A model generated the notes under the pieces. The model worked only from the letters and a program-made list of their open reading frames with translations. It did no database searches and was not told the DNA's origin. Positions 57,084-64,000 of a DNA stretch of 64,000 nt are shown piece after piece. This DNA is from Candidatus Dormiibacterota bacterium (GTDB lineage Bacteria; Chloroflexota; Dormibacteria; Aeolococcales; Bog-877): assembly GCA_963804565.1 (NCBI GenBank), contig CAWDQV010000001.1, forward strand, positions 1,366,643 to 1,430,642. The letters are read 5' to 3'. How positions within the stretch are numbered: position 1 is the first letter of the stretch; every line of letters starts with the position of its first letter. Position numbers and translations under genes: made by a program.

Positions 57084-57869
57084 TCATGCGGCGACCGGTG
57101 CGGTTCGCGCGAGTAGTTCCTCGGCCAGCGCGCGATAGGCCGCCGCCGCTCGTCCCGTGGGCTCGTAGAGGGTGATCGGCAGGCCATGACTTGGCGCCTC
57201 GCTGAGACGGACCGAGCGGGGGATGACGGTGGTGAACGCCTGGTCGCCGAACTGGCGACGGACCTCACTCACCACCTGCGAACTGAGGATCGTCCGCGGA
57301 TCGAAGAGGGTCAGGACGATCCCGGCCAGGGTCAGTGCCGGGTTTAGCGACTGGCGTACCAGGGACTGGGTCTTGGTCAGCAGCGAGAGCCCCTCCAGGG
57401 CGTAGTACTCGCACTGGAGAGGGATAAGGAGCGAATCGGCGGCTACAAGGCAGTTGACGGTCAGCAGCCCGAGCGACGGAGGAGTGTCTAGGAGGACATA
57501 GTCGAAGTCCTCCAGACCATCCAGAGCAAGCCGTAGTCGGGACTCGCGAAGCGGGAGTTCGGCAAGTTCGAGCTCCGATCCTGCTAGAGAGACGTTGGAT
57601 GGGACCAGGGTCAGCCCAGGCACCCCTTCGATCTCGATGTGCGACTTCCAGCAGCGGCTGCCCCAGGACAATGACGTCATAGATCGAACTCGCGAGGTCC
57701 GATGGCCGAACCCCGACGCCCCGAGGTGGCGTTCCCTTGCGGGTCGCAGTCAACTAGTAAGCACCCGCAGCCCCCTCTCGGCCAGGGCGGCGCCGAGGCT
57801 GACGGCGGTTGTGGTCTTGCCGACCCCGCCCTTCTGATTGCACACAGTTATCACCCGAGGGCGAGACAT
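57084..57869 (-). CDS. parA: chromosome partitioning ATPase ParA/Soj; two frame breaks
   Basis: [21 protein letters not shown] lies in ORF 57750..58025. The middle ([15 protein letters not shown]) lies in ORF 57265..57753. The rest ([12 protein letters not shown]...) lies in ORF 57084..57680. Confidence 0.85.
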
Positions 57870-57894
57870 CCCCGGCAGTATAGAAGCGGCGGGT

Positions 57895-57910
57895 TGTTTC
57901 ACGTGAAACA
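57895..57910. promoter_or_regulatory. parS centromere site, perfect 16-bp palindrome TGTTTCACGTGAAACA
   Basis: Exact match to the canonical parS consensus, 26 nt upstream of the parA ATG. A degenerate second copy (CTTCACGTAG core) lies at about 57917-57932. Confidence 0.9.
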
Positions 57911-57929
57911 CCTCTGGTTGCTTCACGTA

Positions 57930-58640
57930 GCGGTCGGCGACAGGACCATCCGGGATGACTTCGCCTGCCCGATAAGATCTCCGAATCAGGCCGTCTCGGA
58001 CCTCCACCGTCCCCTCTCCGAACACCCTCCAGCCGCGCTCTCGGTCAGGATGGCTGTCCGCTCAGCGATGCCGATCAGGCGGCAGCCCGCGGGAACGCGC
58101 CGGATCACCGCCGGCCGGAGAAGCCGCATGAACGGTCGAGTCCCAGTGGACTCCAAAGACGTCCCGAGGGGCAAGCCCCAGGCCGCCGCTGAAGCGGAAG
58201 CGCCCGCGAGCGGGCCCGGACTGTTGGGCAGCCCCGGCGATCATGGCGCCGGCGCTGCAACCGCCGAAGACCGCGCCTTGGCCAAGCGCCTGCAGAATCG
58301 CCTGCCCACAGCGCGGTGCCCTCCAAGGTGCGAGCGAGATACTCGGGATTCCCGCCCGAGAAGAAGATCAGGCTGGACTCGCGGACCGTCGCGGCATGTT
58401 CTGGCGGCCTGGGCGTCTTCTCGGGTGCGGACCGGTAGCGCCCGGACCTGGCAGTCCGAGCGACTGGTAGTGCTCGAGTCCCATCTCATTCCAGCGCCCG
58501 AAGGTCGCCTCACCCTCCGGGGCGCTGGCCGTGGCAAGCACCACCACATCACCATCGCCGCCGGCCCCGGACAGCGCCTCCAGTTCAGCTTCGCCTGCCC
58601 ATGGCTCGAACTCCCCGGAGCCCAAGAGCAGGCACCGGGG
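57930..58640 (-). pseudogene. peptidase S51 / type-1 glutamine-amidotransferase-like protein; at least 3 frame breaks as sequenced
   Basis: LLLGSGEFEPWAGEAE... lies in ORF 58368..58625. Further family-like pieces (FFSGGNPEYL-type, GGCSAGAMI, GLGLAPRDVFGVHWDS) lie in ORFs 58241..58555, 58105..58326, 58062..58244 and 57986..58174. Ends are uncertain. Confidence 0.5.
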
Positions 58641-58697
58641 AGTTCAGGGGGATCTCCTCCGGATCCACCCCGTCCGACAGATCTTGGTCAGTGCCGA

Positions 58698-59559
58698 TCA
58701 GTCGGCCTTGGCCCTCGGGGTCCTCGCAGCGGTTGCCGGAGCCGCGCTTTCCTTGAGTGCCTTGAGGCAGCCGCCGTTTTTGCCGTTGCTCTCCCCGGCC
58801 TTGGCGTTGATTTCCAGGAAGGGCTGGATCAGGTCAAGTGGCAGCGGGAACACGACCACCGTGTTCTGCTCGGTTCCGATCTCGGCTAGCGTTTGCAGGT
58901 AGCGGAGCTGCAGGGTGGCGGGTTGCTGACCGATCACGGCCGCGGCATCGGTCAGTTGCTGGGCGGCCTGGAACTCGCCCTCGGCGCGGATGATCTTGGC
59001 CCTCTTCTCACGTTCCGCCTCGGCTTGCATTGCCATCGCTCGCTGCATCGACTGCGGTAGGTCAACGTCCTTGACCTCAACCGCGGTGACCTTGACTCCC
59101 CACGGCTCGGTTTGGTCGTCAATCACCGTCTGCAACTCGGCGTTTACCTTGTCGCGCTGGCTCAAGAGTTCATCCAGAGTGGACTGGCCCAAGATGGAGC
59201 GAAGGGTCGTCTGCGCGGCAATGGAGATGCTGTTCCGGTAGTCATTGACCTTGACGTAGGCGTCTCTCGCGTCCACCACTCGGAAGAACACAACCGCGGT
59301 CACCCGAACCGTCACGTTGTCCTTGGTGATGATGTCCTGTGGCGGCACCTGATGAACGTTGATGCGGAGATCGATCTTGAGTAGTCGATCGATTCCGAAT
59401 GGGTATGATCAGCCGCGGACCAGGTCCCTTCACGTCGATCAAGCGCCCCAGGCGGAACACGACCCCGCGCTCGTATTCGTTGATGACACGGAAACTGGTG
59501 GCGAACGTGGTCAACAGGAGCACCACGACCACCACCAAGACCAGAGCTGCGCCACCCAT
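58698..59559 (-). CDS. SPFH/band-7 (stomatin-like) protein; frame broken once
   Basis: ORF 59242..59559 (TM segment + [18 protein letters not shown]) continues in ORF 58698..59348 ([15 protein letters not shown]...). Removing one G from GGG 59401-59403 repairs it. Confidence 0.8.
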
Positions 59560-59572
59560 CGCCTCGCCCTCC

Positions 59573-60356
59573 TTATCCCAGCCGGGCCCCGGCGTTCGCG
59601 CCAGGGGTAGCTACTTTATCGCTGGCGGTCATAAGGCCGGGCAGCGGATCCACAATCAGCGTAAGGCCATCTTGGGCCATTACTTCCACAGGGGTGCCGA
59701 CTTCGATCGGCTCGCCGTGCCGAGAGGTCACTCTCCAGAGCTCACCGTCGACGGCAGCGATCCCCGTTGGATCTGCGCGCTCGCGCACCACGGCGGTCAA
59801 CCCCAGGAGTTCATGCGAACTGGAGGCGTAGGGCAGCCGCCGAACCCGAAGAGCGCGGCGACTGAGGGTGATCCAGGTAGCTCCGATCACTACCGGCACG
59901 GTGATAAGCGCGATGAGGCTCACTCCACCATCGCCGGAGCCGCTGTTGAAGAGGACTAGGCCACCCAGAACAGCTGCCAGAACGCCACCCAGCCCGATCA
60001 CTCCGTGGCTTTGGACCGCGGTGTCAATGACCAGGAGTGCCGCGGCCGATCCGACGAGGAACAGTCCGACCAAATCGACGGGCTGATTCGCCAGCCCGAG
60101 CGACCGCCAAGGCTCCGGCCACCAGCCCGACAGTGCCGAAAATGAAGCTCCCTGGGTGCACGACCTCCAGCCCAACGCCCAGGAGCGCCACGAGCAGGAG
60201 CACAAAGTCCACCGTCGGGTTGGCCACGAGTCCAACCAGCCCGGAATGGTGGCTAATCGACGAGGTTCCGGGGCTGGCCGCTATGGCTTGCAGCTGACTT
60301 CCAAGAAAGCCGCTAGCGGCTATTACCACCGCACCCACAACCGGACCGCGACGCAT
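59573..60356 (-). CDS. NfeD-family membrane protein (partner of SPFH); frame broken once near 60100
   Basis: N-terminal TM part is in ORF 60024..60560, from MRRGPVV at ATG 60356. The TM and C-terminal OB domain ([26 protein letters not shown]) are in ORF 59573..60235. Confidence 0.75.
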
Positions 60357-60452
60357 GGTATTTCGATGATACGCCGCAGATTCAGGATAGATTGGGCGCC
60401 GATCTGCACAGGGGATAATGGAAAACATGCGAGCCGACGTGAACCCCGGAGA

Positions 60453-61512
60453 TTGAAGGTCCAGAGGACCCCCGTCGTCCGGGTTGTCGACGTTCCCGAT
60501 GACGCCAGACAGCGCTGGGATAGGTATGTCAGCGACCAGGAGACAGGCAACCTGCTCCAATCCTGGGGTTGGGGCGAGTTGCGTCGTCGTTACGGCTGGC
60601 GAACCTTTCGCTTAGCCGCAGTGCGAGGTCCCGAGGCAGAATGGGTGGGGGCGATCCAAGTCCTCCAGCAGCGGATCGGACCGGGTGGTCTTGGCTGGGG
60701 ATATTCCCCCCAAGGTCCAGTGCTCTCCTCTCTAGGTGACGTTGAGGCAGCACGTGCCCTGTTCCGAGCTGCGGCTCGGCGGCTGCGCCGCCAGAGGGCC
60801 CTCCAGCTCAAATGCGATCCCGAATGGCCGGTTGATTCGTCGGATGCCCAGCTCCTGCGTGACCGCTGCGGGCTGCGCCAGGCCGCATTCGATGTACAGC
60901 ACCGGCAGACATGGCTCGTCGATCTGCGCGGAGGCGTCGAGGCTCTCTACGCCCGGATTCCGGCGGCGACAAAGTATTGCATTCGCGTATCCGAACGCGA
61001 AGGAGTGGTGGTCACGGCGGAGCAGATCGCCGGAGGCGGTGGCGACCTTTTATTCGCTCCACATGGATACGGTGGGCCGAAAGCAGCTCCATTCCCGCCC
61101 CCTCACCTATTACCAAGCGGCAGCTGAAGAGCTGGGGGCGACCATCTTCATCGCGTCGTACCACGGTCAGCCATTGGCGGGCGGGCTCACGGTCGCCTTC
61201 GGTCGGCGTTTGGTGCACCTCTTCGGCGGTACCAGCACCGCGGTCCCGCGGGCCCACGCGAGCTACGCGATGCAGTGGGCAATGATGCGCTGGGGCGTCG
61301 AACGTGGCTGCGAGATCTATGACATGTGGGGAGTACCGCGACGGTTCGACAGAGCCAATCCAGAACACGGTTACGCAAAGTTCAAGACGAAATGGAGCGG
61401 CCGGATGGGCAGTTACAGCGGCCTGATGATCGCCCCGGTACTGGGCCCTCTTGACCCAGTGGTGCACGGACTCGAGGCGCTGTTGCTTCGCCGCCGTCCG
61501 CTACTCAGATGA
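60453..61512 (+). CDS. second FemAB-family aminoacyltransferase; frame broken once near 61020
   Basis: ORF 60156..61127 supplies LLQSWGWGELRR...KYCIRVSEREGV. ORF 60736..61512 supplies LVHLFGGTS...YDMWGVP...GYAKFKTKWSG. Start guessed at TTG 60453. Confidence 0.7.
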
Positions 61513-61568
61513 TGGGGCTCGTTCTGAGTCGGTTCTCTGGCCGACATCACTCGCCCAACCGCGCGCCA

Positions 61569-61574
61569 TAGAAT
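61569..61574 (+). promoter_or_regulatory. -10-like hexamer TAGAAT 6 nt upstream of ATG 61581 (leaderless-type arrangement)
   Basis: The sequence reads CCATAGAATCGCCGCATG. There is no room for a Shine-Dalgarno sequence. Confidence 0.3.
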
Positions 61575-61580
61575 CGCCGC

Positions 61581-62183
61581 ATGCTCTATCTCGGGCGCCC
61601 GCGCACGAATCGCTGGGTCACGACGGTGTACGCCCCGCCCCGAGAGATATTCGCCGTCGCGGAGCAGGTCTTGGCTCTGCCCCCGTTCAGCTTCCGGATC
61701 ATCGATGACAACACCGCAGAGGTAGCCCAGGTTTTGGCCAACGGCTTCTTTGGTCAGTGGAGCAAGGTGAAGCGGCCCAAGACCAAGGTACGCATCGAGT
61801 GCCATCCGAGCGCCCAAGGTACCGAGCTGACCCTGCTCGCGCAGGGGCAGCGCAGCGCGACTCTGCGGGCGCTAAACCTCCTCCGGATCCTGACCCATGG
61901 CGAGCGTGACAACGCCACCGTGTACCGCCTTCGGGCGATTCCTCCGGGGCCCTGCACGGTCGTCCAGAGCTGGGCTGGTACCGGCTATCCACTCTTCTCG
62001 GCGCCGGACTACGGCGCCAAGCGAACCCTGGCGGTCCTGCCAGCCAGCCCCCTGGTCTCTCTGCGCCAGACCGGCCGCTGGGTGCAGGTCAGGGCTGGTA
62101 CCGGAGAGGGTGCAACAGAGGGTTGGATAGAGGCAGACCAGCTGGTCCCCGACCTCGTCCCGGAAAGGAGCGGAGCCGCCTAG
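61581..62183 (+). CDS. hypothetical protein with C-terminal bacterial SH3-like domain
   Basis: 200 aa. The C-terminal ...VQSWAGTGYPLFSAPDYGAKRTLAVLPASPLVSLRQTGRWVQVR...GWIEADQL resembles SH3b. Confidence 0.5.
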   Translation: MLYLGRPRTNRWVTTVYAPPREIFAVAEQVLALPPFSFRIIDDNTAEVAQVLANGFFGQWSKVKRPKTKVRIECHPSAQGTELTLLAQGQRSATLRALNLLRILTHGERDNATVYRLRAIPPGPCTVVQSWAGTGYPLFSAPDYGAKRTLAVLPASPLVSLRQTGRWVQVRAGTGEGATEGWIEADQLVPDLVPERSGAA

Positions 62184-62187
62184 ACGA

Positions 62188-63648
62188 TCAGTCCTCGTGA
62201 TCGTTGCTGTGATGCGAGAGATCGTGCCACTCCCCGGACAAGAGCAGCGAATTGACACCTTCGGGACCCTCGCTGCCCGCCGGATAGAATCTGACCCGCG
62301 GCATATTTTCGAGCACGGGCTCCAAGGCAGCCCAGGCCGCCTCGGTCTCGTCCTGTCGGATGAACAGCGTGTGGTCTCCCAGGAGTGCATCGTGTAGGAG
62401 CCGTTCGTAAGCTTCGGCAGGCTCTGTCTTGAACGACTGCCCATAGGAGAAATCCATTCGCACCGGCTGCTCCACGACCGTCGCCCCAGGCTGCTTGGCC
62501 ATGAACGAGAAGGAGATACCCTCTTCCGGTTGGATCCGGATCGTGACCCTGTTCGGCGTGAGGTGCTCGATACCGGTTCCGGCAAACAGGTGGAGCGGCA
62601 CGTCGCGGCAGAACAGCATGATCTCCGTGCGACGGGTACACAGGGCCTTTCCGCAGCGAAGGTAGAACGGGACCCCGGCCCAATCCCAGGTGTCGACGTT
62701 CAATCGCATGGCCACGTACGTCTCGGTGGTTGAGTCGGGCGAGACGCCGTCGACCTCGCGGTAGCCGGGCATCATCTTTCCGTTCACGGAGCCTCGCGTG
62801 TACTGTCCACGGATCACCTCGCTCGGTGCAACTGGGCGTATCGAGTTGAGTACCTTCACCTTCTCGTCGCGCAGAGCCTCAGGGTCGAATGAGCTCGGGG
62901 GTGACATGCATGTGAGTGCGAGAAGTTGGAGCAGGTGGTTCTGGAAGATATCCCGTATGGCACCCGTCTCCTCATACAACCTGCCCCGGCTCTCAATGCC
63001 GATGTCCTCGGCGACAGTGAGCTGCACCTGATCCACCACGTCACGGTTCCATATGCGCTCTACCAAGGTGTTCCCGAAGCGAAAAACCAGGAGGTTCTGC
63101 ACCGTCTCCTTACCCAGGTAATGGTCGATTCTGAAGATCCGCTCCTCTGGAACCGTCTTGTGCAGCGCGACGTTGAGCTCTACTGCGGACTTCAGGTCAT
63201 GCCCGAACGGTTTCTCGATGATCACCGACGACCCCTTCGCCAAGCCGGCGCCCTTCAACTCTTGGAGAATGGGGACGAATGCGGACGGAGGAACCGCAAG
63301 GTAGATCAACCGGCGGGGCTGGATCATCGCCTTCGACAGCTTCTCGCCCGTGCCAGACTGATCGTGAGTCGTGGTGAGATAGCGGAGCCGCTTAGCGAAC
63401 TCTGCAAAGCCGTCGCGCTGGTACCCTGACCGGGCGAACTGTTTGACCGCGCTCTCAGCTATCTGCCGGAATCCGTGATCGCCAAGCCCTTTGGTCGCAG
63501 TTCCTAAAATGTCGCAGTGGCGAGGCAGGAGGCCCTGGAGGCTGAGCTCGTACAGGGCCGGAAGCAGCTTCCGCTGGGAGAGATCGCCCGTGGCACCGAA
63601 GATCAGTAAGTCTTGGTCGGGAGGGACGCGGAGCCGACTCGGGGCCAC
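62188..63648 (-). CDS. zwf: glucose-6-phosphate 1-dehydrogenase
   Basis: 486 aa with GATGDLSQRKL, RIDHYLGKE and EKPFG motifs. Confidence 0.95.
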   Translation of the reverse strand: MAPSRLRVPPDQDLLIFGATGDLSQRKLLPALYELSLQGLLPRHCDILGTATKGLGDHGFRQIAESAVKQFARSGYQRDGFAEFAKRLRYLTTTHDQSGTGEKLSKAMIQPRRLIYLAVPPSAFVPILQELKGAGLAKGSSVIIEKPFGHDLKSAVELNVALHKTVPEERIFRIDHYLGKETVQNLLVFRFGNTLVERIWNRDVVDQVQLTVAEDIGIESRGRLYEETGAIRDIFQNHLLQLLALTCMSPPSSFDPEALRDEKVKVLNSIRPVAPSEVIRGQYTRGSVNGKMMPGYREVDGVSPDSTTETYVAMRLNVDTWDWAGVPFYLRCGKALCTRRTEIMLFCRDVPLHLFAGTGIEHLTPNRVTIRIQPEEGISFSFMAKQPGATVVEQPVRMDFSYGQSFKTEPAEAYERLLHDALLGDHTLFIRQDETEAAWAALEPVLENMPRVRFYPAGSEGPEGVNSLLLSGEWHDLSHHSNDHED

Positions 63649-63717
63649 CGGCCGAGTTTACGAGTGTCGGCAGATTCCGGGCTCAAGGACCGTCAGTCCC
63701 GCTCCTATACTCGAATC

Positions 63718-64000
63718 GTGGTCAGCGGCCGATCGGAGTCGCATGCCGAAGTGGGGGAGCAGGAACGGACCCCGCGCAGAATGTCCGCCAGCTGGTGGCC
63801 AGCTTCCACCGACTTAGCCAGGCAGAGCTGGGGAGGCTCTTAGCCGAACCTCCCGCTCCGTCTACGGACGCTGGAGCCGCGCGGCAGCTGGTGGAAGGAA
63901 CGCTCTGGCTAGTGCTCCAAGCTGCGGAGGCCCACCAGTCCGAGACCCTTCCGGTGGAGGATCTCTTTCAGGAGGGAAGTACCGCCCTGGTGACGGTTGT
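63718..64000 (+). CDS. sigma-70 family RNA polymerase sigma factor, N-terminal part (runs off window; possible frame break near 63770)
   Basis: The frame open to the window end reads ...ARQLVEGTLWLVLQAAEAHQSETLPVEDLFQEGSTALVTV, matching region 2.1/2.2. A plausible GTG 63718 start is in a different frame. Confidence 0.45.

Noticed and set aside
1-64000. Mobile elements, CRISPR arrays, tRNA/rRNA genes, toxin-antitoxin or known defence modules
   Set aside because: Reading all intergenic gaps and unexplained ORFs, I found no direct-repeat arrays, terminal inverted repeats, transposase, integrase or recombinase-like ORFs, or cloverleaf-type sequences. This is by-eye inspection only; tRNAscan and Rfam-type tools should confirm it.

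Overview
High-GC bacterial chromosome segment spanning the replication-origin neighbourhood. I could not assign a taxon; the gene content looks actinobacterial or Terrabacteria-like. Recognisable content, left to right: alcohol dehydrogenase and murE; a hutH-hutU-hutF-hutI histidine-utilisation cluster; rsmG; an ABC-2 exporter; bioY. A long minus-strand Fe-S block follows (PIG-L deacetylase, IDH-like, Zn-ribbon, nifS-like, Rrf2 regulator, sufC-sufB-sufD, Rieske, sufS, then sufU and sufT), interrupted by an opposite-strand BNR/Asp-box plus MoaD-like pair. Next come a split MgtE-sensor/NRAMP pair; small metabolic genes; an EF-G paralogue; folP-folK; and an envelope cluster (FemAB, DUF4388, lipoprotein, GT4, CelD-like GNAT, GT28). 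The origin core is DUF721-recF-dnaN-dnaA | rpmH-rnpA-yidD-yidC-jag, followed by an M16 peptidase, ndk, lepB, parB-parA with a perfect parS, SPFH/NfeD, a second FemAB, zwf and a partial sigma factor. I found no rRNA, tRNA, CRISPR array, IS element, integrase or obvious defence island. This looks like core chromosome, and I do not claim a convincing novel system. The main oddities are: about 25 reading-frame breaks, which mostly map to short G/C runs and are strongly clustered; an NRAMP with Mg-type (NRMT-like) site residues coupled to a stand-alone MgtE cytosolic domain; a 26-bp bipartite motif repeated in the suf operon; and several conserved genes without a canonical start codon.
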